Positions 31,077-42,270 are shown, numbered from the stretch's first letter. The stretch is DNA of 64,000 nt from a candidate division FCPU426 bacterium (GCA_963796105.1 CAWCKJ010000004.1:1440001-1504000), one strand, 5' to 3'. Notes: a model not told the origin generated them from the sequence alone. Program-made: numbers and translations.

Positions 31077-31109
31077 TAAAGTGATGAATGTTGGCCCGAC
31101 CCCTTTGTT
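31077..31109 (+). repeat. RAYT-associated 33-bp end repeat, copy 1
   Basis: TAAAGTGATGAATGTTGGCCCGACCCCTTTGTT; near-identical to 31806 and 42753. Confidence 0.7.
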
Positions 31110-31640
31110 TCAAAGCCTTTGGCCAACGGTTCCAGGCAACCTTCGTACTCCCGGCAGGAAACCCCTCGAACCATATGCCGAAGGGCGCTTTCAGGTATGG
31201 CTTCGGGATTTTGGAGTTTCTGGTAGGTTTCTAAAACGATCTCACGGCCGTCTTTCATCCGAGCCCGGGGCTTGAGGATGGGCACTTTTCGGCCCGCTAA
31301 AACCACGGTTCCGCCTTGACTTCCCCAACGGCTGATCGACCGTTCCGGCTGGCGTTGGTATCGGGGACCACAAAAGTCTTTGATTTCAGCCTGCAAAAAC
31401 TCTTGGGCCGCCATCACCCCTAACTGGTAAGCCAAGCTGTTAAGCCCGTCCTGAATCATTGCCACCCGATCTTCCGGGCTGAGCGGCATCTGCCAAAGAT
31501 TCTTGTCGCCTATCAAGGCACTACGGTGTAACTTTTTCATGGTGGTTTCCTCTCTTTTTTAAAAAAATTGGTCACCCAGACTTTACAGTCTGGGCAGAGG
31601 AGCCACCACCTTCTTTTCAACTATGAGAGGGACATCTTCC
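31110..31640 (-). mobile_element. Truncated IS256-family element (left end plus N-terminal transposase, CDS start 31540)
   Basis: End GGAAGATGTCCC...AGTTGAA; CGPRY..RWG..G.VVLAGRKV...KPRAR; GVSCREY. Confidence 0.8.
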
Positions 31641-31775
31641 TTCAACCATTTCCCCCAATAACCGAATAAACATCCAGCGGTCGGCGTCATTCATAACAAT
31701 CTTTCGCCTTTCATTACCGCGCGAGGTCACATGGTAAACCGCCCCTTCATAATGGATCCGTTTAGGCCTTGGCAT
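31641..31775 (-). pseudogene. N-terminal fragment of a REP-associated tyrosine transposase (RAYT, Y1 HUH)
   Basis: Manual translation MPRPKRIHYEGAVYHVTSRGNERRKIVMNDADRWMFIRLLGEMVE, cut by the IS256 end. Confidence 0.8.
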
Positions 31776-31805
31776 TAGGACATTGTAAACAACTCACACT
31801 ATTTG

Positions 31806-31838
31806 TAAAGTGATGAATGATGGCCTGACCCCTTTGTT
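31806..31838 (+). repeat. RAYT-associated end repeat, copy 2
   Basis: TAAAGTGATGAATGATGGCCTGACCCCTTTGTT, 30 bp upstream of the RAYT start. Confidence 0.75.
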
Positions 31839-31839
31839 C

Positions 31840-31873
31840 CACATGGCTGTCGCAAAAAGGATGGTGTGCAACT
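31840..31873 (+). repeat. 34-bp direct repeat A (candidate recombination site or element end)
   Basis: CACATGGCTGTCGCAAAAAGGATGGTGTGCAACT; 33/34 identical to 38730-38763. Confidence 0.75.
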
Positions 31874-34847
31874 CCATGGCGACCACCTACGGGTATGACC
31901 CCAACGGTAACCGCACCAGTGAGACCAAATTCGACATCCTTTCCACCTCGAATAAAACAGTCATTACCTCATTTTACAAATACGACGGGAATAACCGCTT
32001 ATATGAGACTGACTACCCCGACGGGACTTTCACGCAGTCTACCTACGACGCCCTCGGCCACGTGGTGGGAACCATGGACCAGAAAGGTAGGAACACAACT
32101 ACCTTCTATGATGCCGCAGGCCGGGCCGCCACAATCCAGTATCCCGACACCCGTAAGAGTGTTTACGTCTATGACAACAACGGCAACCGCGTTACCGACA
32201 GCGAATACGGCACGGACGGGACTGTCCACGTCACCTATACGGGTTATGACACCCTCAACCATCCGGCCACGGTCGCCTATCTGGACGGGAGCAAAACGAT
32301 CTCGGCGTATGACGGCCAGGGAAGGGTGACGGACAGCTTCGATGAGAACGGCAACCAAACCCATTACGATTACGACCAAGCCGGGAGGCGGATAGACCAA
32401 TACGCAGGATTTAACGGCGGCCAGCCGCAAGAAACTAATTACGGATACGACAATAATGGCAACCAGACCTCGGTGATGGTGGGTGGAGTTTTACAATCCA
32501 CGACGGGGTATGACGCCCTGAACCGTGCCGCGACGGTGTCCTATCCCCAGCCATCCGGTCAGTCGATCCTGCCGGTGGTCACTACCTTTGACCCGGATGG
32601 GAGGAAAATAAGCCAAAACGACATGGCTGGAAAAGTGACCAATTACGGGTACAATCCGCTTAATCGGCTAAGTGGAGTTACCCAAGTCACGTCCGTAGGC
32701 AACCTTGCGACGAGCTATGGGTACGACCTTGTGGGGAACGAACTGACGCAGACGGACGCGAATACCCCGGCGCACACGACCTCCTACACTTATGATGTTA
32801 TGAACCGCCGCACCAAGAGAACCCTGCCGGATGGCCGCTATGAGTCTTATACCAATTATGACGCCACTGGGAACCTGACCAGCAAGACGGATTTCGCGGG
32901 GAATCCCTTCACTTACGGGTACAACGCCAACGGCGGGGCGGACGATCTTTTGACCAGCGTTTCCGGTCCGGTCAACCTGGGCTTTTCCTACGATGGGTTT
33001 TTGAGGCGGCAGTCCATGACCGACCCCACCGGCACCACGACCTTTAACTATGACAGCCGCGACAGGATGGTGGCCCAGAATGGCCCGGCAAGTTTTGGGA
33101 CGCTGGCCTATACCTATTGGCCCGGCGGGCAGGTGAACACGGTTTCATCCACGAACCAGTACGGGAACAACCTAACATACCAAATCGACGGCTTGAACAG
33201 GCCAGCGACCATCCTGGACGGCACCAAGACCACAATAATCAGCTACGACCCCATCGGCAACTTGGCTGTAATCACCCTGCCCAACGGCGTGGCCGTGACG
33301 CAGGGCTACGACGTCTTGAACCGTTTGACGGGGGTTTCCATTACGGGAGGAAGCGGCACCTTGGGAAGCTACCAATACACCCTGGGCGCGGCGGGAAACA
33401 GGATGGCGGTAACCGAATTGAGCGGGAGGGCTGTTTCCTGGACGCCGGACGATCTTTACCGGCTGATCAGCGAGGACGTTTTAGTGGACCCCTCAGGCAA
33501 CACCGGCGAGGTGGATTATTCATATGACCCTGTGGGAAACAGGAATACCAGGAATTCCACTTTAGCCCCTGTTTCCCCTCAAAACTTCACGAACGACTAC
33601 AACCCGGCTGACCTTTTAACCCCCACCTTTAGCTATGACGCGAAAACCAGCTCAATGACAGCCAGGGAAGGACTTACACTTACAACGCTTTGAACCAACT
33701 AATTAGGGCACAGGGAACAGGCGTGGACGTGGCCTACCTCTATGACGGCGACGGCTTGAGGGTGCAGAAGACCAACAACCTGACGGGGGTGATAACCAAC
33801 TATCTTTGGGACAGGAACAACCTCACAGGGTATCCGCAAGTTTCTGAGGAACTTCAAAACGGGCAAGTGGTGAGGCGGTTTGTTTACGGACCAACCGGGC
33901 CTTTGTATCAAGTCCAAAATACGGGCGTGAGTTGGGTAACAAGTTATTTCGGCAAAGACGCCACCGGCTCAGTTCGTTTCCTCATGGATGGGAATGGAAA
34001 TATCACGGATTCTCTCGATTACGATGCATTCGGAAACGCCATTAACCAAACACATACTGGAACACCAACACCCAATGTTTACCAATTTGACGGGGAGTAC
34101 CAAGACCCTCACACAGGGCTTATTTATCTAAGGGCAAGGTGGATGAATCCGGTTATTGGAAGATTTATGAGTATGGATACTTACGAGGGCGATCAAACTG
34201 ATCCTATTTCACTTCATAAATACCAGGCATTTTCAAATGATCCAATTAATAAGGTTGATCCAAGTGGATATGATGATGTTTTTTCTATTAGCGCAAGTGA
34301 AAATTTTAATTTGTGGCCAACTTCTTTGATGGGCAGAACTTATGGTCACACTCCAAGCTTTCAACTTGAACAATTTACCAAAAGTTGGGAAGGTCTTACA
34401 TTATTTCCATATGATAAAGATGGCTTCCAAAATTCTACAATTGGCTGGGGACATTTAATGCATCCAGGACCTTTATCCATTTGGGAAAAAACAGAAAAAT
34501 TGTTACACCTAAATTGGATTAATTTGCAACAAGCAGAATCATTTTTCCAACTTGATATAGCTGGAGCGCAAATTATAGTCGATAATAATATTCACGTGCC
34601 GTTGTATCAATATGAGTATGATGCATTGGTTGATTTGGCCTTTAACTTACGGCCCAGTTCATTTGAAGGATCAACAGTGAAAGCTGAAGTGAATTTGGGG
34701 AACTATTCCGCTGCACCTTATGCATTTAAAATTCTTTGTGGCGGGTATGACCAAAATGGAAATTTCCATGTTTTAGATAGTTTGAAAAAAAGAAGAGTCG
34801 CAGAAAGCCAGATTTTTTCCAGTAATATTTATAATTATTCTCATTAA
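31874..34847 (+). pseudogene. 5'-truncated, frameshifted RHS/YD-repeat toxin with GH24 lysozyme C-terminal tip
   Basis: YD repeats; frameshift near 33643 (SYDA/NQLNDSQGRTYTYNALNQL); core end PINKVDPSG; tip WEG..PYDKDG..STIGWGH, YDALVDLAFN, RRVAESQIF. Confidence 0.85.
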
Positions 34848-34863
34848 TATTGGGGGATTTTTT

Positions 34864-35367
34864 GTGAAAATAAAATACATAACTTTTATTTCTTTCATGA
34901 TTTTTTTTATGGGTTGTACTAAAGAAAAAATAATAAGCGACTTGAATCTTGAAGGTAATTGGAAAATTGCTTCCTATCAAGCCGTTGGTATAGTAGAAAT
35001 TACTGACTTTGATGTTAAAAGCAATGTCGGAAATATTGGGAGGCTTCAATCGAATATTTTGAGTATTAAATTGAATGATATGGAATATAAATGTTTGATT
35101 GATATGTCATCTAAGAAATTAGTGGATGTTTATAGTAATGAATATTTTAATACTTCATTTAAAGACCCAAATGACCCTAAAAAATTTAAACTAACATCAA
35201 ATGTTTATGAATTTGATGTAAAAATAAGCAGGGAAACCAAATTTTATGAAACCAAAATGGTTGTTGATGGTACTGGAAATAAAATTGTTATCGGATTGCA
35301 TGGGCCAATTTATTTATTACCTGAATTTTGCACCGAGTTTACCGATTCCGTGGCCAGATCGGCCTGA
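34864..35367 (+). CDS. Candidate immunity lipoprotein; last codons replaced by IS1380 sequence
   Basis: Lipobox FMGC, AT-rich, directly after the toxin; original end GPIYLL-TKME* reconstructable after 36963. Confidence 0.7.
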   Translation: MKIKYITFISFMIFFMGCTKEKIISDLNLEGNWKIASYQAVGIVEITDFDVKSNVGNIGRLQSNILSIKLNDMEYKCLIDMSSKKLVDVYSNEYFNTSFKDPNDPKKFKLTSNVYEFDVKISRETKFYETKMVVDGTGNKIVIGLHGPIYLLPEFCTEFTDSVARSA

Positions 35368-36963
35368 ATCGGGACCCGACAGTGGCCATTTTCATCAGAA
35401 GTGAACTTATGTGCAAAGAATTTTTTGCACCAAGCCACTTCTAGGCCGCCCTGGGTCTTTCCAATCGTTTTCGATCAAGGTATTTGAGGAAACCCAATAG
35501 GCCCGCTGTCCTATCATCATGGATTGAATACCTCACCACATCCCGATGGCCGTGATACTGGATTCGGGCGGCTACAAAGAGCATCTTCAAACGTGCGATC
35601 CGAAGGGTATGGTCCGGCATGGTGATCTGTTCCTTCTCCTGTGGCTTCTTTCCCGGTCGCTTTTCTTTTCCACAATGGCCCACCATTAGTTTCATCCACC
35701 TCCAGAGGTTGTAAGCCAGCATCACGATCTGGAAAAAAGCATGGTGGCTTTGGAAACTCTTAGAGGGAATTGCTAATAACCCCTCCCGTTGCGCCTCACC
35801 AATCAGGTTTTCCACATCCGCGCGCAGGTCGTATTCCTCAACCACCCGATGGGGTGCTCCCAGACAGTTGGTCGCGAAGATTCGGTAGACATATCCTTCC
35901 ATTTCAGGAAGGCTCAATTGTTTCTCCCGCGCTTTTTCATCCAGCGTCCTCATCGCCACAAACCGGACTGGTTGTTGCCAGCCTATGGGTTGATGGACAC
36001 ATTCGTTGTATTCGTGTTCTCCATGGCGGTACCAACCCTTTTTCGTGAAAGGCGGGTCATGCCGCTTGTTCCCGAAGATGAAAGAAAACCCTTCTTTTTC
36101 ACAGGCTTTCACGCTTTCCCAGCCGATCATTTCACCGTCACCGCGCACCAGAATCGTCCGGACACAGGACGGCAAGAGTCGCCGGAATTGTCTAATTTGG
36201 CGGGCCACTTCCTCAGAACTAAGGGTGGTTCCGCGTCTTTGGGTTCCGCACAAATATTCCCGGGTTTCCTGGAGAAAACACAGAATGGGCCTCAGTCCCT
36301 TCTTGCCCCGGTGCTTGGGGTTGTATCCTTTTCGGCTTCCCTCGATATTTCCGTAGACCGTTGCGGTGGTGGTATCGATGTTGATCTCCACCTTCTTGGG
36401 GGCATATTTCACCTGTCCCCAAACCTTGGCCCGTAACGCCCCACTCAGATTCAGCAACGATGCCGACTGCCCGATCCCCAGCGACCTCAGGTATCTCCAA
36501 AAAGTTGTCACTACCGGCAACAAGGGAACCCGCAGTAAACCGCACAGCATGACCTCACCCCGCAGGTAGGCAAAATGGCCAAGTCTTTGGAACCCGATGA
36601 AAAGAAGCATTAGGATGCCGCTTACCATCCGGTAGTGGCCCAAATTCGGAAGGCGTTTAGGTGCGGCATAGTGTTTTTTGAATTCCCGCTCAAAATCAAG
36701 AAGGTCGAACATCTTCGCCAATGCCAACAATCCGCCAAAAGCTGTTAGGCGGTCTTCGCAAATACCTACGGGAGTATTGGCCGTAATCTTGGGCGCGATT
36801 CTCCCGTTTCGATTGGCTTTTTTCTGGACTTGCGGGTTTGATTTCTGAGGCGTATCTTGACGTTTCACCATCTGGGGGACCCTCTTTTAGGATGAGTTGG
36901 CTTCGCAACCCTTATCCTATAATGGTTTCCTAGATGGTTTTTTTATTAGGCGCAAAATTCAGG
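35320..36963 (-). mobile_element. IS1380-family insertion sequence
   Basis: IRs CCTGAATTTTGC/GCAAAATTCAGG, TSD TATTA. Confidence 0.9.
35441..36871 (-). CDS. IS1380 transposase
   Basis: LTAFGGL, IDTT..TVYG..EG..GYNP, VRGDG, YDLRADVENLI, LAYNL. Confidence 0.93.
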   Translation of the reverse strand: MVKRQDTPQKSNPQVQKKANRNGRIAPKITANTPVGICEDRLTAFGGLLALAKMFDLLDFEREFKKHYAAPKRLPNLGHYRMVSGILMLLFIGFQRLGHFAYLRGEVMLCGLLRVPLLPVVTTFWRYLRSLGIGQSASLLNLSGALRAKVWGQVKYAPKKVEINIDTTTATVYGNIEGSRKGYNPKHRGKKGLRPILCFLQETREYLCGTQRRGTTLSSEEVARQIRQFRRLLPSCVRTILVRGDGEMIGWESVKACEKEGFSFIFGNKRHDPPFTKKGWYRHGEHEYNECVHQPIGWQQPVRFVAMRTLDEKAREKQLSLPEMEGYVYRIFATNCLGAPHRVVEEYDLRADVENLIGEAQREGLLAIPSKSFQSHHAFFQIVMLAYNLWRWMKLMVGHCGKEKRPGKKPQEKEQITMPDHTLRIARLKMLFVAARIQYHGHRDVVRYSIHDDRTAGLLGFLKYLDRKRLERPRAA

Positions 36964-36988
36964 TATTAACAAAAATGGAGTAAATACG

Positions 36989-37333
36989 ATGAATAAAATT
37001 ATTCCATTATTTTTACTGGTATTCATCTTCACTCAAGGGGTAATTATTGGTGGTGTTTCACCTACTCCCCTAGTCAACATTCAAGTCAAACATTCCCCCA
37101 TGGACAAGGTTTCCATTCGCCTCCGTCAGCAAAATATTCAAATCCAACGGGATTTGAGGGCGGGAAAGCTGACCAAGGACCAAGCCAAGTCTCTTAAAGC
37201 CCAGGTGGAAACTATCCGTAAGCAAGAAATCACATTCCTCAAGCAAAATGGCACTAAAACCCTAACCGATTCTCAAGTAACCCAGTTGAATCAGCAGTTA
37301 AACACTCTCTCTAAATCCAACCCCATCAAGTAG
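36989..37333 (+). CDS. Small exported helical protein
   Basis: Signal peptide; DLRAGKLTKDQAKSL. Confidence 0.65.
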   Translation: MNKIIPLFLLVFIFTQGVIIGGVSPTPLVNIQVKHSPMDKVSIRLRQQNIQIQRDLRAGKLTKDQAKSLKAQVETIRKQEITFLKQNGTKTLTDSQVTQLNQQLNTLSKSNPIK

Positions 37334-37341
37334 GAGGCTAT

Positions 37342-37755
37342 ATGAAAAAGATAACCCTGTTATTTTTATCGGCCATTGTACTTCTGTTTTCCTTTGCTCC
37401 TGCCTTCTCCCAAACTTCAAACATGGACCCCAAGACCAAGAAACAAGTATTAGGGTGCATCAGGTACATGATCTACGATGAAATCATTATCCTTTCCCAC
37501 CGCTACCTGGATAAAGCCACCACTTCAGCCGATTCCATCAAAATAGGCCAGCAAAAGATCACTGAACTTCAAGCCCAGGTGAAAAGCCTATGTGGTGGCA
37601 CTGATGCCCCCAATTCCTTCTACCAAGAGGCCGTTGAGAAAGCTAAGTCAACGGAAAATAAACAAGTGAAATATTATTTCACCACTGTAGAACAACAGAC
37701 TGAGTTGAAAAAGGTGTATCAGAGGTATAGTCGAATGGGGATACCTGGAAATTAA
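37342..37755 (+). CDS. Small exported protein
   Basis: AGGAGG RBS, signal peptide AFS-QT. Confidence 0.65.
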   Translation: MKKITLLFLSAIVLLFSFAPAFSQTSNMDPKTKKQVLGCIRYMIYDEIIILSHRYLDKATTSADSIKIGQQKITELQAQVKSLCGGTDAPNSFYQEAVEKAKSTENKQVKYYFTTVEQQTELKKVYQRYSRMGIPGN

Positions 37756-37887
37756 ATACCCTCTTGAAGTCTATTTAGATAAAGTGATTTTTTCTTTTCT
37801 CAATGAGTCTTCAATTCATAATTCAACATTCAAAATTCCTAATTCGGGCGGTATTCCCTTAGATTTAACTCAAATGGAGTCCGCCCG

Positions 37888-38250
37888 TTATTCCACCCCA
37901 AACCCTCTTTTAACGGCCGCATCCACGTTGGGGAATGCCTTCAAAATGCTGTTAAATTCCAGAAGCTGAAATACTTCCATTACCTCGGGGCTCATCCCCG
38001 ACAAGACCAAATCACCCTTTTTTGTCCGGATACGTTTAATTTCGCTGACGAAAATACCCCAGCCCGCGCTTGAAATGTAATTCACGTCTTTGAGATCCAT
38101 CACCAGTTTGAATTTATTGTCCTTGAGGACTGATTGAAATTTTTTCTCGAAATCTGGCGCGGTCGTGGTGTCTATGGAACCGCTGACGGAGAGAAGGGTG
38201 ATGGTTCTGTCTATTGAATCTTCGGAAATGCTGATGGATAAATTTTCCAT
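37888..38250 (-). CDS. STAS-domain anti-sigma factor antagonist
   Basis: GSIDTTTAP, VNYISSAGWG, GDLVL...EVFQLLEF. Confidence 0.92.
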   Translation of the reverse strand: MENLSISISEDSIDRTITLLSVSGSIDTTTAPDFEKKFQSVLKDNKFKLVMDLKDVNYISSAGWGIFVSEIKRIRTKKGDLVLSGMSPEVMEVFQLLEFNSILKAFPNVDAAVKRGFGVE

Positions 38251-38641
38251 AATTATCCTACGCTTTCATTAGTAATTATCCCACGTATTCTATGAAAGCA
38301 TAATTAACCCTGAGTTAAATAAAATGGCGGGGAAGACCCTTTTTCCAAAATATGACCTTTTAACCCCCGAATTTTAAAAACTGCACAAATTCTGATCTAT
38401 TCTTACCCGTACTAAAAGCCTTCCCGCTTGTATTTCAACGAATTATTCTTCTTTTCAACATTCCCACGGTTTAATTTTCCTTTTGAATATTTTTGCACAA
38501 ATAATTTTCTTAGCATATTTTCTTAAACTAAAAATGCTTTATCACAATTATTACTTTTCTCAAAGTATTAATTTCGTGGTAAAAATTTGACCGCTTTTAT
38601 TTATTCCAGTTAAGTCCCGCACACTGCACGGATGCTATAAC

Positions 38642-38770
38642 ATGAAAAAATTATTTCTTTTCGGTTTACCCGTTATTCTATTTTCAGCCTTATTGGCAGT
38701 GTACTTTTTAGGGGGATGTAAAAAACCTGCACATGCCTGTCGCAAAAAGGATGGTGTGCAACTAATTTAG
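38642..38770 (+). pseudogene. Lipoprotein signal-peptide stub truncated at direct repeat B
   Basis: MKKLFLFGLPVILFSALLAVYFLGGC-KKP runs straight into the 34-bp repeat, followed by a stop and a terminator. Confidence 0.55.
38730..38763 (+). repeat. 34-bp direct repeat B
   Basis: CACATGCCTGTCGCAAAAAGGATGGTGTGCAACT. Confidence 0.75.
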
Positions 38771-38786
38771 TTTCATATTTTTCTAA

Positions 38787-38822
38787 CCCCGTCCCGCTTC
38801 TGTGGGGCGGGGCTTTTGTTTT
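38787..38822 (+). terminator. Intrinsic terminator
   Basis: CCCCGTCCCGC-TTCT-GTGGGGCGGGG + CTTTTGTTTT; similar to the terminator at 42271. Confidence 0.7.
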
Positions 38823-39033
38823 AAAGTTCAAAATCTGGTATCGCTTTAAAAAATATCCAACCCATCACCCAATCCGGTTAAATTCGGAATTTCAGGCAAT
38901 AAACTAGAGACAAAATAAAAAAATTTCCGGAATTCGGGTTGTCAACCAAATTGTTTACCAAAGAGTGATCAAAATTATTTGAGCCTTGTCACCCGATTTA
39001 CCTCCCGAAAAGAATTAACAAAATATTTTGCCT

Positions 39034-40445
39034 CACTGCTGTCCTAGATAAACCTATTTGTCTTTGAACCTCCCAGGAAAACAAGCGATTTAGGACAGGC
39101 TCGTGAATTTTCTGGGATAAGCCCCCCTCTTTCGTCCTGATGCTGTCCAAATTAAGAATGTATTAATTCCATCTGCTTTTCCAAGGGTTCCAGTCTCGCC
39201 ACTAGGAACGGTGCATCCAACCAGGCCCACAAATCACGATAGGTCAACAGGTTCATCCGTAGCATGGCAGCCAAGTGGGATAAACTCCAGGCGATCCGGC
39301 TCTTCAATTGAAGGAACTTCAACAGTAGCATGGCAATCAATGCTGTCCAAATCTGCGTCTGAACGGCATTCTCAGTGGTACCCACAAAAGTTTTTACCCG
39401 GAGGTTCTGCTTGAGAGCCTTGAAAAACAACTCGATCTGCCAACGTTCCTTGTAAATGGCACCCACCGTCGAGGCGGCAAAACCCATGTGGTTGGTCAGG
39501 AACACCAACTCCCGCTTCTGGTCTTCGTCCCATACCACCACCCGTCGCATCTCTTTAGGGTAGGCTTCATGTGACCGAAACGTCGTCAACCGTATCACCT
39601 GGTCCTTCAGGACGTTGCCCGTTTTCGGAACCGTCAGGCTTTTCACCACCTCGTAGGCCATGTTGATCTTGGCCCGGGTCACCCACCACACGCCTTGGAA
39701 TGTCCATCGGGCCAGAAGAAAGAAATCCACATACCCCCGATCCATCACCACGATTGAATCCACTGGAAAATCGAGCTTTTGGGCCACCTTCACGTCATGC
39801 GTGCCTCCCTCCGTTACGAGTCCCCAGCAGGGCAAGTACCCCTGATGGTCCAGCAGAAGATGGAGTTTGATGGCCCCTTTGGTTCTACGGAATTTCGCCC
39901 AGTCGAACACTGACAAACAAAGGTCGATGGTGCTGGAATCCAGGCTATAAAGAGGATTTTTAAACCTGAATTTTCTTTTTGAGGTGGCCGCCAACAACTG
40001 GCACTTCGATAATAAATGGTAAAAAAGCTTTTGTTGAACCCGCCAAGAACGCTTGGTGTTGGCATAGGCCAAGGTGGATTTAGTGGGAGCTTTGCAAAGA
40101 CCCAAGTGGGTCAATTTCCCAAGGGCCGTACTGAGGCCGCCACAGATTTCCCTCAAGGAATGGGCTGCTCCCATCTGGCAGAAAAGCATGGAAACAAACT
40201 GATCCCAGCAACTGAATCCCTTGGAGTGCTTTTCGGCTTCAATCTCTCGCACGATTCGCTCAAAAGCGGTTCGGTCTACGAGTTTCAACACTTGGGCAAA
40301 TAGACTGGTTGGTGGTACCATAAAAAAGCGCCTCCGTATGTTTGAAGTAGCGACGGCTGGTAACCGTTGCTTTGGGCTGTCATCAAACCCAATTCTACTT
40401 CAATCGGAGGCGTCTTTTTTTAGGCCTTTATTTAGGACAAGAGTG
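39034..40445 (-). mobile_element. IS4-family insertion sequence
   Basis: IRs CACTGCTGTCCTA / TAGGACAAGAGTG; 9-bp TSD ATTTTGCCT. Confidence 0.92.
39152..40321 (-). CDS. IS4 transposase (DUF4372 + DDE)
   Basis: FSCWDQFVSMLF, LDSSTI, MDRGY, YKERWQIELFFK. Confidence 0.95.
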   Translation of the reverse strand: MVPPTSLFAQVLKLVDRTAFERIVREIEAEKHSKGFSCWDQFVSMLFCQMGAAHSLREICGGLSTALGKLTHLGLCKAPTKSTLAYANTKRSWRVQQKLFYHLLSKCQLLAATSKRKFRFKNPLYSLDSSTIDLCLSVFDWAKFRRTKGAIKLHLLLDHQGYLPCWGLVTEGGTHDVKVAQKLDFPVDSIVVMDRGYVDFFLLARWTFQGVWWVTRAKINMAYEVVKSLTVPKTGNVLKDQVIRLTTFRSHEAYPKEMRRVVVWDEDQKRELVFLTNHMGFAASTVGAIYKERWQIELFFKALKQNLRVKTFVGTTENAVQTQIWTALIAMLLLKFLQLKSRIAWSLSHLAAMLRMNLLTYRDLWAWLDAPFLVARLEPLEKQMELIHS

Positions 40446-40555
40446 ATTTTGCCTATGTTGTCACGGATTAAATTAATATACGGCCTGTTGCCAGGGGAGC
40501 GGCGATATCGGACGTAAGTATACGTCTGGTATCAATCATTTTTTCGGAGGCTCCC

Positions 40556-42256
40556 GTGCGCGTTAATTCCTATTGGTTTTTCATCCTCCTTCTCGTGACG
40601 GCGATTCCTATCGCCTGCTCGAACAGTTCCAGCAGTCCCACCACGCCCCATAACAACGCCCCGACGGCGACGTCCACCACGGGGGACACCTCCACCCCAA
40701 CGGCCACTTCAGCGGCAAGCTCAACTTCCACACCCGTCATTACAGAAACATCGACTTCTTCCTATACGTCTACCCTCACTCCCACGCCCTCAAATACCAT
40801 TACGCCGACGGATACGTTGGCCTCAACTTCAACTTGGACGCCGACAACAAACCCAACATTGACCCCGACGCCCACGCCCACTTACATGGCCACCTCAACC
40901 GTTACCAACAGCCCAACACCATTGCCAACGGCCGTAAATACCTCTACACCTACAGCCACTACAACCAAAACCCACACAACGACAATCACGAATTCCCCGA
41001 CGGCAACAGTCACCAAGACCTCTACCATCACCCCCACGTCAACGCCCAACCTTGCGCTCACGGGCACGCCCACTTATTGTTCCGCGTCCGCCCTGCAAAT
41101 GTCCTATCCCTTCTCGACCAGTTCGGATTGCTGGCACGTGGATGCCGCCAACACGAGCGTGAGCTTGACCGTGAACAGTTTCGGCATTTCTTCGGCCCAG
41201 GTATGTTCCGCCTGCGGCAGTACGGGGGCGTTGGCAGTTAGCATGACTATTTCCCCCGCCATGGGGGGGACGGACCAATTGCAAGTGGAAGTGACCTATA
41301 GTACCCCCCAGAATTTAAACGGGAAGCAGATCCAGGCTTATGTTTACGTTGATAACAGTTTGATCACCGGGGGAAATAGCGCCGAAATATTCGACCAAAG
41401 CGGAACGGGAGGGTCGGCTGTCACTGAATACGAAGGTACCTCCATTCAAGGAGGGCAATGGATCGCTTTGCCAGCCCTGGTTTGCGGGACCGGGGGCACC
41501 CACTCGACTGGCGCCGTGATTGCGGGGCAAATTAACCAGTTAGGTATTAAATTTGGGAATATCGCGGTTGGGGCCACCGGCAATATCTATGTCGACGCCG
41601 TCACGATCTCCGCCGCGCCCCCAACCAGCACACCGACGAATACCCCAACGCCGACAAGCACACCGACCGTAACTTATACCCCCACGCAGACTTTTACCCC
41701 AATGCCGACTGCGACTTGTATTACGGGTAAGTTTTCGCCCTTTTTCTATGCTTCCAACAGCAATCAATATTGTGGGAATGCCGATTATCTCGGAACTGAA
41801 TATATCTATACCAGCCCAGCCACTATTTTAGAGGGTGGCGCGGTTACAGCGATGGGAGTATCTGTTGATTGCACGTTTGATAATTCTTATGCAGATCTGA
41901 AAAATTTGGCCCCTAATATGAATTTAGCGATTTACTCAGATGGAGCAGGCGCACCAGGGACCTTACTGACCCAAACCGGTTGCTTTTCCGTTCCCGTTAG
42001 TACGACGGGATGGATTACCGTGGGCGTGTCATCACCGATACCGGTGACTCTATCGGCTGGGGCTTACTGGTTTGCGGGAAGTACGAATGCATGTAATATT
42101 ATGGCTGATATGATTGAGGAAAACAAAGGGGTTAACTATTACATACCATTTATTCCATGTCAGACGTATCCAACATCCCTTAGCCAATCCACGTCTTTTG
42201 GATCATCTGGAATGGGCGCAATATGCGTTCAGGCTTATTACACCTGCGCTAATTAA
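40556..42256 (+). CDS. Lipoprotein with Thr/Pro linkers and two Cys-containing beta-sandwich (CBM-like) domains
   Basis: Lipobox IAC, T/P-rich linkers, INQLGIKF...GNIYVDAVT. Confidence 0.75.
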   Translation: MRVNSYWFFILLLVTAIPIACSNSSSSPTTPHNNAPTATSTTGDTSTPTATSAASSTSTPVITETSTSSYTSTLTPTPSNTITPTDTLASTSTWTPTTNPTLTPTPTPTYMATSTVTNSPTPLPTAVNTSTPTATTTKTHTTTITNSPTATVTKTSTITPTSTPNLALTGTPTYCSASALQMSYPFSTSSDCWHVDAANTSVSLTVNSFGISSAQVCSACGSTGALAVSMTISPAMGGTDQLQVEVTYSTPQNLNGKQIQAYVYVDNSLITGGNSAEIFDQSGTGGSAVTEYEGTSIQGGQWIALPALVCGTGGTHSTGAVIAGQINQLGIKFGNIAVGATGNIYVDAVTISAAPPTSTPTNTPTPTSTPTVTYTPTQTFTPMPTATCITGKFSPFFYASNSNQYCGNADYLGTEYIYTSPATILEGGAVTAMGVSVDCTFDNSYADLKNLAPNMNLAIYSDGAGAPGTLLTQTGCFSVPVSTTGWITVGVSSPIPVTLSAGAYWFAGSTNACNIMADMIEENKGVNYYIPFIPCQTYPTSLSQSTSFGSSGMGAICVQAYYTCAN

Positions 42257-42270
42257 ATAAATCCGGCTCA

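Noticed and set aside
31810..31873. Listed N-terminus of the RHS ORF
   Set aside because: It is translated repeat DNA (RAYT end plus repeat A), not a genuine start.
31840..31873. Integron attC or the chromosomal dif site
   Set aside because: Lacks the RYYYAAC...GTTRRRY pair and the TTATG XerD arm; two copies present.
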